From positions 7,520 to 71,519 of the forward strand of contig SVHM01000002.1 of the NCBI GenBank assembly GCA_015055815.1: a DNA stretch of 64,000 bases, written 5' to 3'. A model generated the notes under the pieces. The model ran no database searches and was not told the origin of the DNA. It saw nothing but the letters and a program-made list of their open reading frames with translations. This document shows positions 1 to 9,614 of the stretch, in pieces. This DNA comes from Clostridiales bacterium (GTDB lineage: Bacteria > Bacillota > Clostridia > Christensenellales > UBA1242). Each line of letters opens with the position of its first letter. Position 1 is the first letter of the stretch. The position numbers and the translations under genes were made by a program.

Positions 1-262
1 CTTTTACAATCTCCAAGTTTTCTTTAGCGACATTTTCATATCCAGAGAAAGTATGAAGTACATACCACTTTGCATCTTCAGTCAATGCATTAACTTTCAC
101 TTCAGTTGTATCATCAATTTTATTTTCCGAAGTAGAAATTGTAGTTACTGCATCTATAGCTTCAGTGCTTACTGGACTTTCAACAACATCATCAAGAAGA
201 GAATTATCTTCAGCAATCACATTGTCATTTGCCAAAGCATCTTTCAATTCTTCATTTTCCAT
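1..262 (-). CDS. nusG: Transcription antitermination factor NusG, N-terminal part only; the gene continues past the left edge
   Basis: It is absent from the ORF track because no stop lies in the window. Reverse-complement reading from the ATG at 262..260 (SD GAAGGAG upstream) gives MENEELKDAL...TEDAKWYVLHTFSGYENVAKENLEIVK. The KWYVLHTFSGYEN string is the start of the NGN domain. The position downstream of rpmG-secE is the canonical one. Confidence 0.85.
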   Translation of the reverse strand, partial: MENEELKDALANDNVIAEDNSLLDDVVESPVSTEAIDAVTTISTSENKIDDTTEVKVNALTEDAKWYVLHTFSGYENVAKENLEIVK

Positions 263-286
263 GAAAATACTCCTTCAACTTTTAAA

Positions 287-652
287 TTAACTATTTGGAA
301 TTAATAAGTCATATATCAAACTAAATAACCTATCTACACCAAATAACAACACTGTACATATAGCCACAACAGTAATAACCACACAAGTATTTTTGACTAC
401 TTTTCCAAAAGAAGGCTTTGATACTTTCTTTAATTCACTCCAAACTTCAGCAACTTTTTTCTTAAAAGACTTCCTTTCTTTTTTCTTAGCCTTTTTAGCA
501 TTTTTATCTTTAGCCTTAGTGTCAATCTTTTCTACCTTAGCTTCTTTAGTTGCTTTCTTTGTTTTTTTATCGGAAGTTTGTTCAATAGTCTCATCATCTG
601 GTACAATCACTTCTACTGCTTCATTTGTAGATTGTTTTTGTTTTTTCGCCAT
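287..652 (-). CDS. secE: Preprotein translocase subunit SecE with a long charged N-terminal extension (121 aa)
   Basis: The C-terminal part, KKKVAEVWSELKKVSKPSFGKVVKNTCVVITVVAICTVLLFGVDRLFSLIYDLL, matches the SecE pattern of an amphipathic KEV..ELKKV segment plus a single TM helix. It lies between rpmG and nusG. The start is ATG at 652. Confidence 0.8.
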   Translation of the reverse strand: MAKKQKQSTNEAVEVIVPDDETIEQTSDKKTKKATKEAKVEKIDTKAKDKNAKKAKKKERKSFKKKVAEVWSELKKVSKPSFGKVVKNTCVVITVVAICTVLLFGVDRLFSLIYDLLIPNS

Positions 653-676
653 ATTTCACATTTTCCTTAAATACAA

Positions 677-826
677 TTATTTTGTTTCTTTATGAACGGT
701 ATGTTTCTTACAGAATTTACAATATTTTTTTACTTCAATTCTATCTGGGTCGTTCTTTTTATTCTTTTGACTGTCGTAATTTCTTTGTTTACATTCAGTA
801 CAAGCAATAATAATATTATCTCTCAT
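677..826 (-). CDS. rpmG: 50S ribosomal protein L33 (49 aa)
   Basis: The product reads [49 protein letters not shown], with the CxxC...CxxC zinc ribbon typical of L33. I moved the start from the track's 871 to the ATG at 826. That ATG has the SD GGAGAAAGG upstream, and the predicted promoter -10 (862-867) lies downstream of 871. Confidence 0.9.
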   Translation of the reverse strand: MRDNIIIACTECKQRNYDSQKNKKNDPDRIEVKKYCKFCKKHTVHKETK

Positions 827-861
827 AACCTTTCTCCTTGTTACATAGCCTTTGCGAATAG

Positions 862-891
862 ATTTTAACACACCGACTACTAATTTGTCAA
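862..891 (-). promoter_or_regulatory. Sigma-A type promoter for rpmG-secE-nusG
   Basis: On the minus strand, TTGACA (891..886) is followed by an 18 nt spacer ending in TGt, then TAAAAT (867..862). This is an extended -10 about 35 nt upstream of the rpmG ATG. Confidence 0.5.
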
Positions 892-903
892 TGCTTTCAC
901 AAT

Positions 904-942
904 AAAAAATAGAGCCATAGGAAATTATAAACTCTATTTTTT
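904..942 (-). terminator. Weak AT-rich hairpin plus U-run downstream of the acidic-protein gene
   Basis: The inverted repeat is aaaaaatagag (904-914) / ctctatttttt (932-942) with a 17 nt loop. The GC content of the stem is low, so this is only a possible terminator. Confidence 0.3.
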
Positions 943-1049
943 ATTCTTACTACAAAAAGTATACTATATAATATTCAAAAAATCAAGTGTTTTCTTAAAT
1001 TTTTTATAATTATTAACCAAAAAATTAAAATATTTCAAAAGGTATAAAA

Positions 1050-2786
1050 TTATCTTCCATCCATAGACATTTCATGAGTTTTGCCTTCAAGCATATTTTG
1101 AACATTTGCTTGGAACATTTCCCCATACTCATTTGTATCAACTTTTGGTTGCTCAACTGGACGATCTTGAACATCATCTTGTGTTTGACCCATTATATTT
1201 AATGAAGGACCTAACCCATCGCTATATTCATCTTCATCAACGGTACTATCTTCCAAATCATAAGTAGTTGTCGAAATAATTGGCGTTTCATAAACACTTG
1301 GAATTTCTTTCTCTTCATCCATAATATTTTCATTAGATACTTCTTCAATCAACTCTTCACTTTCAACAGTTTCACTTTCATTATAACGTTGAAGTTTGTT
1401 ATTGTTTTCTCTAACCTTATTAGCAAGATTTTGGAAAATATCACTTAGCGTCTTTGTTTTACCATCATTTGTAGGTTGTTCTTCTTCAAATATAGTTTCA
1501 TTATCATTAGAAAGATTTTCCTTTCTTCTAAACATATCCATGAAACTTCCACTCTCTTCTTCTTGAGAAGGAGTTTCTTCTAGAACTTCATCAATTTCAG
1601 GAGTTTCTACTTCTAACGTTGCACCCTCATCTTCTTGAACTTGAGTTGTTGATGGTTGAGACAAATCAATTCCAAATAGTGCTTGAATTCTCTCCATTTC
1701 TTTTTGTTTACTTTCACTTTCGGATGAAGTATTTTCTTGAGCTTCAGCCACTTCACTACTCATCTCGTTATCAACATTTTTCATATCATCTAGAGTTGGC
1801 TCTTCACTATCAACTTCCATTTCAGGATTATCAGAAATTTCCGCTTCAATTGGTTGATTTTCCATCTCTTCAATTTGCTTATTATGTTCATTTTCTGAAA
1901 GTTTGATTTCTTCTAATTTTCTCTTGTCGCTTTTACCTAACATTGAAATAGCCTTATCTTCAAACTTTTCATTAATATTATTTACGCTATTAGTAAATTC
2001 TTCTAAAGATGTTGATAAACTATTTTTAAACTCTTCTTCTTGTTCTTTCCAATTTTCGTTTGTACCCGAAATCTCTTCAATACATTTATCTAAAAGTTCA
2101 TTCAAGACCTTAAAGTTTTTGTTACTCAAAAATAATTTTTCAATCATGTCATATTCTTGATTAAACTTTTGCAAAACTGCTTTACAATAATCATTTTCGG
2201 TAGTTGTCAAAAGAGTTATTCTATCAGAAAAATACTTACCATAGGCATCTAAAAACTGTTCATCAGAAAGTTTATCTAGCATTAGCATAAATTGTTTTTT
2301 AGCAAGAATATAACTATCTTCACCCGACAAGTCATCAAGTAGTTTTTTGTCTTTGCCTTCATCACTATCAACATCATCAAATATATGATAATACTCATAA
2401 GACTTTTGAATAAAGTCATCTAAAGGTGCTACAAACTCATCAATTTTTGTTTTTATAACATTTTGAAGATAACCATTAATTTTTTCAACATCTTCCAAAA
2501 CATAAAAATTAGCTTTTGCCATACCATCACTTGATGTAGCGTCATCAAATTCTATTTCAAAAACAATTTCACCATAACCTAGTAAATGCCCCACGCAAAA
2601 ATTTGAATTGTTATATGAAGATTTTTTAACTTTTTTCAAAGCAATTAATTCATCAATTATTTGTGGAGAAATAAAGTAATTATTTGCTTCATCATAACTA
2701 CCCAACAAATTATTCTTTATAACATCAATTTTTTCAGTAGCAAAATTATCTTGAGTAGATTGCCTTGTGAAATTTTCTTCAGACAT
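1050..2786 (-). CDS. Hypothetical highly acidic cytoplasmic protein (578 aa) with a low-complexity E/D/S/T/N-rich C-terminal half
   Basis: This is a long ORF in AT-rich DNA. I moved the start to the ATG at 2786 (MSEENFTRQS...), which has the SD GGAAGAGG. The track start at 2846 adds an implausible MFYFFCYLCY leader. An extended -10, TGtTATACT, sits at about 2814-2822 on the minus strand. There is no signal peptide, TM segment or family motif that I recognise. Confidence 0.75.
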   Translation of the reverse strand: MSEENFTRQSTQDNFATEKIDVIKNNLLGSYDEANNYFISPQIIDELIALKKVKKSSYNNSNFCVGHLLGYGEIVFEIEFDDATSSDGMAKANFYVLEDVEKINGYLQNVIKTKIDEFVAPLDDFIQKSYEYYHIFDDVDSDEGKDKKLLDDLSGEDSYILAKKQFMLMLDKLSDEQFLDAYGKYFSDRITLLTTTENDYCKAVLQKFNQEYDMIEKLFLSNKNFKVLNELLDKCIEEISGTNENWKEQEEEFKNSLSTSLEEFTNSVNNINEKFEDKAISMLGKSDKRKLEEIKLSENEHNKQIEEMENQPIEAEISDNPEMEVDSEEPTLDDMKNVDNEMSSEVAEAQENTSSESESKQKEMERIQALFGIDLSQPSTTQVQEDEGATLEVETPEIDEVLEETPSQEEESGSFMDMFRRKENLSNDNETIFEEEQPTNDGKTKTLSDIFQNLANKVRENNNKLQRYNESETVESEELIEEVSNENIMDEEKEIPSVYETPIISTTTYDLEDSTVDEDEYSDGLGPSLNIMGQTQDDVQDRPVEQPKVDTNEYGEMFQANVQNMLEGKTHEMSMDGR

Positions 2787-2830
2787 ATTAAACCTCTTCC
2801 GTATATTTGTTTTAGTATAACACAGATAAC

Positions 2831-2884
2831 AGAAAAAATAAAACAAAAAAAGATATTATATAAATTGAAGTTTATATAATATCT
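2831..2884 (-). terminator. Intrinsic terminator after the Nudix gene
   Basis: A perfect 14 bp inverted repeat, agatattatataaa (2851-2864) / tttatataatatct (2871-2884), has the loop ttgaag. On the minus strand it is followed by a long U-tract (plus-strand A-run 2831-2850). Confidence 0.6.
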
Positions 2885-2892
2885 ATTGTTTA

Positions 2893-3453
2893 CTACATTT
2901 CTCTTTCACCTAGAAAATATTGAGCAACCATCATATCTGTAATTGCATCTTTATAATCAGATTGTGGTAATTCTCTAGGAGATTTTACAGCAATCATTCC
3001 ATCAATTGCTTCTGATTCTTCCAACTGTGTTGATGCAACTTTTTCACAATCATAAGCAATAAAACAATGAAGTCCATATTGAATGGTAGATGGAGATTCA
3101 TGATAATAACCTAAATAAACTAAATTATCGGAAGTTAATCCAGTCTCTTCCATCAATTCTCTTTTGGCACATATTTCAGGTGCTTCATCTTCAGAACAGT
3201 ATCCCTTTGGTACTTCATATCCCCAACCACGAGCCGAATGTCTAAATGTTTTTATAAACACCATATCCCCTTCCTTGGTTATTGGAAGAACAGCAACGCT
3301 ACCTTTACCCCTCATAGAAAGTCGTAAAAATGTACCATATGCTCCGCTTGGAAATTTTACTTTATCATCAAAAAATTCACAAAACCTATTTTCAAAAACT
3401 TTATTTTCTTCTATTATTTCAATTTCGCCATTTTCACTATTACCCTTATACAT
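2893..3453 (-). CDS. Nudix hydrolase (ADP-ribose pyrophosphatase-like), 186 aa
   Basis: The Nudix box GX5EX7REUXEEXGU is present as KGYCSEDEAPEICAKRELMEETGL. The start is ATG at 3453 with the SD AAAGGGG. Confidence 0.85.
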   Translation of the reverse strand: MYKGNSENGEIEIIEENKVFENRFCEFFDDKVKFPSGAYGTFLRLSMRGKGSVAVLPITKEGDMVFIKTFRHSARGWGYEVPKGYCSEDEAPEICAKRELMEETGLTSDNLVYLGYYHESPSTIQYGLHCFIAYDCEKVASTQLEESEAIDGMIAVKSPRELPQSDYKDAITDMMVAQYFLGEREM

Positions 3454-3498
3454 ATAAACCCCTTTTGAATGTATTTACATTCATTTGCAACTAATTAT

Positions 3499-3527
3499 AG
3501 TATACCATATATAACCGAATTTGTCAA
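3499..3527 (-). promoter_or_regulatory. Sigma-A type promoter for the Nudix gene
   Basis: On the minus strand, TTGACA (3527..3522) is followed by a 17 nt spacer ending in TGg, then TATACT (3504..3499). Confidence 0.5.
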
Positions 3528-3544
3528 TATAACCTTAATACATC

Positions 3545-3572
3545 AAAAAAAAGAAACTATTTCTAGTTTCTT
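3545..3572 (-). terminator. Intrinsic terminator of the str operon, after tuf
   Basis: A perfect 9 bp stem, aagaaacta / tagtttctt, has a 4 nt loop. On the minus strand it is followed by a U-run (plus-strand A-run 3545-3550). It lies 14 nt after the tuf stop. Confidence 0.7.
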
Positions 3573-3585
3573 TTTATAGCGTTAA

Positions 3586-4788
3586 TTATTCAATAATTGA
3601 ACTTACAACACCAGAACCTACTGTTCTACCACCTTCACGGATAGCGAAACGTAGACCTTGTTCGATAGCGATTGGAGTGATTAACTTAATAGTCATTCTA
3701 ACGTTATCACCTGGCATAACCATTTCAACGCCTTCAGGTAGTTCAATAGTACCAGTAACGTCTGTAGTTCTGAAATAGAATTGTGGTCTGTAACCATTGA
3801 AGAATGGAGTATGTCTACCACCTTCTTCTTTCTTTAGAACGTATACTTCAGCTGTGAAGTGAGTATGTGGAGCAATTGAAGAAGGTTTAGCAAGAACTTG
3901 TCCTCTTTCAATTTCGTTTCTTTGGATACCTCTAAGAAGTAGACCAACGTTATCACCAGCTTGAGCTTGGTCTAACATTTTTCTGAACATTTCAACACCA
4001 GTAATAACTGTTTGAAGTTTAGAACCCATACCAACGATTTCAACTGTATCACCAACTTTAACAGTACCTCTTTCTACTCTACCAGTAGCAACAGTACCTC
4101 TACCAGTGATTGTGAATACGTCTTCAACTGGCATAAGGAATGGTTTATCAGTTTCTCTTTCAGGTTCAGGGATGTAGCTGTCAAGTGCTTCCATTAATTC
4201 GTTAATAGGAGCACAAGCAGGATCATCAACTTTTCCGTCTTTAGCAGCTTCAAGAGCTTTAAGAGCAGAACCTTTGATAATTGGAGTTTTGTCTCCAGGG
4301 AAACCATATTCAGTTAATAGATCTCTGATTTCCATTTCAACAAGTTCAAGAAGTTCAGGATCGTTTACTTGGTCAGTTTTGTTCATGAATACAACAATGT
4401 ATGGAACACCAACTTGTCTAGCAAGAAGGATATGCTCTCTTGTTTGAGGCATTGGACCATCTGTAGCAGCAACAACTAAGATTGCTCCGTCCATTTGAGC
4501 AGCACCAGTGATCATGTTCTTAACATAGTCAGCGTGTCCTGGACAGTCAACGTGAGCATAGTGTCTCTTGTCTGATTCATATTCAACGTGTGAAGTATTG
4601 ATTGTAATACCTCTTTGTCTCTCTTCTGGAGCTTTATCGATAGCACCGTAGTCCATTGCAAGGGCTTTACCTTGAGCAGCTAGTGTTACTGTAAGAGCAG
4701 CAGTAAGAGTTGTTTTACCGTGGTCAACGTGTCCGATTGTTCCAACGTTAACGTGTGGTTTAGTTCTTTGATAAGTAGCTTTTGCCAT
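3586..4788 (-). CDS. tuf: Elongation factor Tu (400 aa)
   Basis: The product reads [32 protein letters not shown]..., with the GHVDHGKT P-loop plus DCPGH and NKTD motifs. It is full length. The SD AGGAGG precedes the ATG at 4788. Confidence 0.99.
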   Translation of the reverse strand: MAKATYQRTKPHVNVGTIGHVDHGKTTLTAALTVTLAAQGKALAMDYGAIDKAPEERQRGITINTSHVEYESDKRHYAHVDCPGHADYVKNMITGAAQMDGAILVVAATDGPMPQTREHILLARQVGVPYIVVFMNKTDQVNDPELLELVEMEIRDLLTEYGFPGDKTPIIKGSALKALEAAKDGKVDDPACAPINELMEALDSYIPEPERETDKPFLMPVEDVFTITGRGTVATGRVERGTVKVGDTVEIVGMGSKLQTVITGVEMFRKMLDQAQAGDNVGLLLRGIQRNEIERGQVLAKPSSIAPHTHFTAEVYVLKKEEGGRHTPFFNGYRPQFYFRTTDVTGTIELPEGVEMVMPGDNVRMTIKLITPIAIEQGLRFAIREGGRTVGSGVVSSIIE

Positions 4789-4823
4789 TTTTAAAAATCC
4801 TCCTAAATTTATTTAATTAAAAA

Positions 4824-6902
4824 TTAGCTTTTTTTGATATCGCCGATAATTTTTTCAGCGATTGCTTTTGGAACTTCTAAGTAATGAGAAGGTTCCATTG
4901 TGAAATTACCACGACCTTGAGTAAGACCACGAAGATCTGTTGCATAACCGAACATTTCTCCAAGTGGGATATCAGCGTGAATAATTTGAGTACCGTTACG
5001 CACATCTGTGCCACTTAGCACACCACGACGACGAGTAATATTACCCATAACATCGCCTAGGTAGTCATCAGGTGTCTCTACGTCAACTTTCATGATAGGT
5101 TCTAGAAGAACTGGATCAGCCTTCTTAACACCATCTTTGAATGCCATAGAGCCTGCAATTTTATATGCCATTTCTGATGAGTCTACATCGTGATAAGAAC
5201 CATCAAAAAGCGTAACCATAAAGTCAACGGTTTCAAATCCAGCAAGAACACCATTTAGTTTTGCTTCTTGAATACCATTGTCAATTGCTGGAATATATTC
5301 CTTAGGAATAGCACCACCAACAATTTTATTTTCGAATTTGTATCCTTCGCCAGGTTGAAGTGGAGCAAGTTTAATCCAGCAGTGACCATATTGACCACGT
5401 CCACCAGATTGTTTAATATACTTACCTTCTACTTCTACCTCTTTTCTTATAGTCTCTCTGTAAGCAACTTGAGGAGCACCAACATTAGCGTCTACCTTAA
5501 ATTCTTTCTTTAATCTATCTACTATAATTTCAAGGTGAAGTTCACCCATACCTGCAATAATTGTTTGACCAGTTTCCCCGTCTGTATAAGTTTTAAATGT
5601 AGGATCTTCTTCAGCAAGTTTTACAAGTGCTATAACCATTTTTTCTTGGTCAGCCTTAGTTTTAGGCTCGATAGCAACTCTAATAACTGGCTCTGGGAAA
5701 TCCATACTTTCAAGTATAATTGGTTTGTTTTCAACACATAGTGTATCACCTGTTGTAGTATCTTTAAGACCTACAATAGCGATAATTTCACCTGCATATG
5801 CTTCATCAATTTCTTCACGATGATTAGCATGCATTCTAATAAGTCTACCAATTCTTTCTTTTTTATCTTTACAACTGTTGTAAACGTAGCTACCTGCTGT
5901 TAATACACCTGAATAGATACGGAAGAAAGTAAGTCTTCCAACATAAGGGTCGGTCATAATTTTAAATGCAAGACCAGCAAATGATTCTGTATCAGAACTC
6001 TTTCTAGATTCTTCAATTTCAGTATTAGGTTTAGTTCCCTTAATATCTTCTATGTCTGTTGGAGCTGGCATATAGTCAACTATAGCATCAAGAAGTTTTT
6101 GGATACCCTTGTTTTTGAAAGATGTTCCACAAACAACTGGATTAATTTTACCAGAAATAGTTCCAATTCTAAGGCCTTTCTTAATTTCTTCAACTGAAAG
6201 ATCTCCAGTTTCGAAATATTTTTCCATAAGAGCGTCATCTTGTTCAGCTGCAACTTCTACAAGTTCTGCTCTAAACTTATCAGCTTGTGCCTTAAATTCA
6301 GCTGGAATTTCAACAACTTCTGTATCAAGACCCTTATCATCTTTATACATAGTAGCATTCATTTCAACTAAGTCAATGATACCTCTAAACTCATCTGCTT
6401 CACCAATTGGCAATTGAATTGCAACTGCATTAGCATTAAGTCTACTTCTCATATCATCAACAACTTTTAAGAAGTTAGCATCATTGATATCCATCTTATT
6501 TACATAAGCCATTCTTGGAACGTTATACTTGTCAGCAAGTCTCCAGTTTGTTTCTGATTGTGCTTGAACACCTGCTCTAGCACTAAATACAGCAACAGCA
6601 CCGTCTAATACTTTCAAACTTCTGTTAACTTCAACTGTAAAGTCAACGTGTCCTGGTGTATCAATGATATTAATTTGGTGATTTTTCCATTGACAAGTTG
6701 TAGCAGCACTAGTGATTGTGATACCTCTTTCTTGTTCTTGAGCCATCCAGTCCATAGTTGCTTCACCTTCGTGAACTTCACCTAACTTATGTGTTTTACC
6801 TGTAAAGAAAAGAATTCTTTCAGTTGTAGTAGTTTTACCGGCATCAATATGAGCCATAATTCCTACGTTTCTTAATTTTTCTAATGGAGTAGTTCTAGAC
6901 AT
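4824..6902 (-). CDS. fusA: Elongation factor G (692 aa)
   Basis: The product carries [21 protein letters not shown]..., DTPGHVDF and NKMD motifs. It occupies the canonical position between rpsG and tuf. The SD AAGGAG is present. Confidence 0.99.
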   Translation of the reverse strand: MSRTTPLEKLRNVGIMAHIDAGKTTTTERILFFTGKTHKLGEVHEGEATMDWMAQEQERGITITSAATTCQWKNHQINIIDTPGHVDFTVEVNRSLKVLDGAVAVFSARAGVQAQSETNWRLADKYNVPRMAYVNKMDINDANFLKVVDDMRSRLNANAVAIQLPIGEADEFRGIIDLVEMNATMYKDDKGLDTEVVEIPAEFKAQADKFRAELVEVAAEQDDALMEKYFETGDLSVEEIKKGLRIGTISGKINPVVCGTSFKNKGIQKLLDAIVDYMPAPTDIEDIKGTKPNTEIEESRKSSDTESFAGLAFKIMTDPYVGRLTFFRIYSGVLTAGSYVYNSCKDKKERIGRLIRMHANHREEIDEAYAGEIIAIVGLKDTTTGDTLCVENKPIILESMDFPEPVIRVAIEPKTKADQEKMVIALVKLAEEDPTFKTYTDGETGQTIIAGMGELHLEIIVDRLKKEFKVDANVGAPQVAYRETIRKEVEVEGKYIKQSGGRGQYGHCWIKLAPLQPGEGYKFENKIVGGAIPKEYIPAIDNGIQEAKLNGVLAGFETVDFMVTLFDGSYHDVDSSEMAYKIAGSMAFKDGVKKADPVLLEPIMKVDVETPDDYLGDVMGNITRRRGVLSGTDVRNGTQIIHADIPLGEMFGYATDLRGLTQGRGNFTMEPSHYLEVPKAIAEKIIGDIKKS

Positions 6903-6919
6903 ACTGTATTATCTCCTTA

Positions 6920-7390
6920 TTACCAACGATAATGTGCGAAAGCTTTATTACTTTCAGCCATTTTATGAACGTCGTCTTTCTTCTTATATGCTCCACCTGT
7001 ACTATTGTAAGCATCGATAATTTCGTTAGCAAGTTTTTCTTCCATGCTCTTTTCATTTCTCTTTCTTGCGTAAGTTACCAACCATCTGATTGCTAGAGTT
7101 TGTTGTCTAGCAGGAGTGATTTCGATAGGTACTTGGTAGTTGCTACCACCTACTCTTCTAGCTTTAGTTTCTAGTAATGGTTTAAGATTTTCTAAAGCTT
7201 GGAAGAAGTACTTATCAGGTTCTACGCTTAATTTTTCATTAATTATATTAAATGCTCCGTACACAATACCTTCAGCGATTGCCTTCTTACCATCAAGCAT
7301 AATTTGATTGATAAGTTTTGTAACAACTTTACTATTATAAGTAAAATCTGGCAATACGTCTCTTTTGCGTACACCTGCTCTTCTTGGCAT
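6920..7390 (-). CDS. rpsG: 30S ribosomal protein S7 (156 aa)
   Basis: The product runs from [15 protein letters not shown] to NKAFAHYRW, the conserved S7 termini. The gene is part of the str operon. Confidence 0.98.
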   Translation of the reverse strand: MPRRAGVRKRDVLPDFTYNSKVVTKLINQIMLDGKKAIAEGIVYGAFNIINEKLSVEPDKYFFQALENLKPLLETKARRVGGSNYQVPIEITPARQQTLAIRWLVTYARKRNEKSMEEKLANEIIDAYNSTGGAYKKKDDVHKMAESNKAFAHYRW

Positions 7391-7444
7391 AATTTTCTCC
7401 TTATATTATTTATTTAAAACATTCAAATAGACAAAATCTATTTA

Positions 7445-7816
7445 TTACTTACCTTTCTTTGCGCCATATTTACTACGAGATTGTTTTCTCTTAGCTACGC
7501 CTGCAGTATCAAGTGTTCCTCTGATAACATGATAACGAACACCTGGCAAATCTCTAACCCTTCCACCACGGATAAGAACAACACTATGTTCTTGAAGATT
7601 GTGGCCTTCACCAGGGATATAAACAGTACCTTCTTGACCGTTAGAAAGTCTAACTCTACAAATCTTTCTTAAAGCTGAGTTTGGTTTCTTTGGAGATGTA
7701 GTAGTAACACTCAAACAAACTCCTCTTTTTTGTGGATTTTCGTCTAAGATAGGAGTTTTAGATTTTTCAGCAACCTGCTTTCTACCTTGTTTTACTAATT
7801 GTGAAATTGTAGGCAT
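7445..7816 (-). CDS. rpsL: 30S ribosomal protein S12 (123 aa)
   Basis: The product contains [13 protein letters not shown]...[10 protein letters not shown]...[15 protein letters not shown]. The SD AGGAGG precedes the ATG at 7816. Confidence 0.98.
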   Translation of the reverse strand: MPTISQLVKQGRKQVAEKSKTPILDENPQKRGVCLSVTTTSPKKPNSALRKICRVRLSNGQEGTVYIPGEGHNLQEHSVVLIRGGRVRDLPGVRYHVIRGTLDTAGVAKRKQSRSKYGAKKGK

Positions 7817-7878
7817 TTTATCCTCCTAAAATATTTTTGCAAACATAATATTCAACCCAAAATCAAGTTTGCGTTACG

Positions 7879-7925
7879 ACTCACATAGCACAATAGTCAA
7901 TCGACCATTATATTGTAGCGTGAGT
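7879..7925 (-). promoter_or_regulatory. Imperfect long hairpin inside the ~190 nt rpsL 5' leader
   Basis: The arms are actcac..gc.acaata (7879-7895) and tattgt.gc.gtgagt (7911-7925), with a 15 nt loop. The hairpin lies between the predicted rpsL promoter and the rpsL SD. Confidence 0.35.
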
Positions 7926-8013
7926 ATTTTCAAATGCTTGAAATCACACCCAAATCAAACACTTAAAAACTACTAAACGCATAATACGTTTAGTATACTA
8001 TAATACGATAATG

Positions 8014-8042
8014 ATTTTATCAAATAAAATACCCAATGTCAA
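8014..8042 (-). promoter_or_regulatory. Sigma-A type promoter of the str operon
   Basis: On the minus strand, TTGACA (8042..8037) is followed by a 17 nt spacer ending in TGa, then TAAAAT (8019..8014). Confidence 0.55.
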
Positions 8043-8092
8043 CATTTTTTTGTATATTTTAATCATAATATTTATGCTACTTAAAATACCAT

Positions 8093-8126
8093 AAAAAATA
8101 CCCGTCCCTAAAATTAAAGCGACGGA
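8093..8126 (-). terminator. Intrinsic terminator after the HicB-like gene
   Basis: The minus-strand RNA reads CCGUCgC...GgGACGG, followed by GUAUUUUUUAU. Confidence 0.5.
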
Positions 8127-8143
8127 TATTTTGATAAAACTAA

Positions 8144-8422
8144 TTAAACTGCTTTATTTTTATCATTAAGTGTAGATTCAACTAATACACACAAATCTTT
8201 CGGATGTGTTTCAACAACTACATCAAAAGGACTAGGCTCAGGAATTTCACAATCGAAAGCAAAAGCACACTCTAAGTAAGAATCTAACATAGATCTAGCA
8301 TTAGCATGAGCATCTTCAACTGTTTCACCATTAGTTACTAAACCCAAATCAAACATTGCAATTACGTAACTTTTTTCTTCTTCATCAAAATATAAAACTG
8401 CAGGATAAGTAAATTTCTTCAT
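8144..8422 (-). CDS. HicB-like (UPF0150 fold) small protein, 92 aa; no partner toxin is adjacent
   Basis: The product MKKFTYPAVLYFDEEEKSYVIAMFDLGLVTNGETVEDAHANARSMLDSYLECAFAFDCEIPEPSP follows the HicB-like antitoxin N-domain pattern (YPA..., GxT.EEA, ..iPePs). I moved the start to the ATG at 8422, because the track start at 8431 is a GTG. Confidence 0.6.
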   Translation of the reverse strand: MKKFTYPAVLYFDEEEKSYVIAMFDLGLVTNGETVEDAHANARSMLDSYLECAFAFDCEIPEPSPFDVVVETHPKDLCVLVESTLNDKNKAV

Positions 8423-8503
8423 AATCAACACTCGTATATATAATTTATTCCATATTTTTTAAGATTTTAACATATATTTTCTTAAATGTAAAATTTTTTA
8501 TCA

Positions 8504-9508
8504 CTAATTAGCCAAAAAATCAACCATTAAAGAATAAACTTTATCTAATTTTTTTCTATTGAATAGTTTATACTTTTTAGAAGCACTTTCAAAAAGCACA
8601 TAAATTTTATCGTTTTCAACTACTATTTCTTCAGACATTGATGGGATTTTTTCGCTAGAAATTAACGAATTACCATCAAGAAAATATACAGGAATTTCAT
8701 GCCCTGCACTTACTTTAAATTTAGCGGGTGTATCTTCATCAAAAACATTTTTATAACAAGATAACGTAGAATCATGTATGCTATATGAAGATGATGTGAT
8801 TATTTTCCCGTCAGATGTTAAAGCAATTCCTTGAACTAATTCCCCTACTGACAATGCCACGTCTGGCAAGTAGTCCATAAGCCCATATCTATTTTTTTCA
8901 TTTATTTTATATCCAAATACCAAAGCTTTATTTACTTCACCAGATGGTGTAGTTAAATGATGATTGGTCTCAGTTTCGTATTTCCATTCTTTATAAAACT
9001 CTCCAACATACAAAGTTTCATTTTTTATAAATAAGAAGTCTGCCGTATTGTTAGTTTTAAAGTAATCGGTAATTTCAACTACTCCACCATCTTCAACATC
9101 ATTGACATAGCTCCATAAAAATCTATATACAACCCCACCATTATCGTTTGAAGAAGTCCATAAAGTTGAGTTAAAAGAAGCAACCCCACCAGCGTGACCA
9201 CAATATGATTTACCAGATATTTCTAATGTGAAATACTTAATAAGTTTATAATTTTCATCTAACAAATAAAATCTAGATGGACTACCATCATCCATATAAC
9301 CGCTAATTAAATATTTATCTTGACCTTCAACTTTTGTAAAACCCTGTGGAACAAACTCTGTATCCAAGCCAGGAATATCAAACTCCGCAACTGCATTATC
9401 AAAAAATTTCTTATTCCATGGCCAACAAAAATAAATACACAGTGCCAGCAAAACAGCTGTCATCAAACTAGCCACTATAGAAATTGTAATTTTCCAACCT
9501 TTTTTCAT
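8504..9508 (-). CDS. Hypothetical N-terminally membrane-anchored extracytoplasmic protein (334 aa)
   Basis: The N-terminus MKKGWKITISIVASLMTAVLLALCIYFCW looks like a signal anchor, and the remainder is beta-rich. The SD GAGGTG precedes the ATG at 9508. I do not recognise a family. Confidence 0.7.
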   Translation of the reverse strand: MKKGWKITISIVASLMTAVLLALCIYFCWPWNKKFFDNAVAEFDIPGLDTEFVPQGFTKVEGQDKYLISGYMDDGSPSRFYLLDENYKLIKYFTLEISGKSYCGHAGGVASFNSTLWTSSNDNGGVVYRFLWSYVNDVEDGGVVEITDYFKTNNTADFLFIKNETLYVGEFYKEWKYETETNHHLTTPSGEVNKALVFGYKINEKNRYGLMDYLPDVALSVGELVQGIALTSDGKIITSSSYSIHDSTLSCYKNVFDEDTPAKFKVSAGHEIPVYFLDGNSLISSEKIPSMSEEIVVENDKIYVLFESASKKYKLFNRKKLDKVYSLMVDFLAN

Positions 9509-9570
9509 TTGTCACCTCATTATATTTAGATTAACATAAAATAATATTATCATCAAACAAAATATGACAA

Positions 9571-9607
9571 AAAAATAAAAACCACATGACTACGTATGTC
9601 ATATGGT
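9571..9607 (-). terminator. Intrinsic terminator after the 92-aa gene
   Basis: The minus-strand RNA forms a 10 bp stem (accauaugac / gucauguggu, with one G-U pair) and a 7 nt loop. It is followed by UUUUAUUUUU (plus-strand A-run 9571-9580). Confidence 0.65.
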
Positions 9608-9614
9608 TAATTAT

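Noticed and set aside
53-695. Plus-strand ORFs 53..304 and 393..695.
   Set aside because: They are antisense to nusG and secE respectively, and their translations are low-complexity. The minus-strand genes have recognisable family motifs and synteny.
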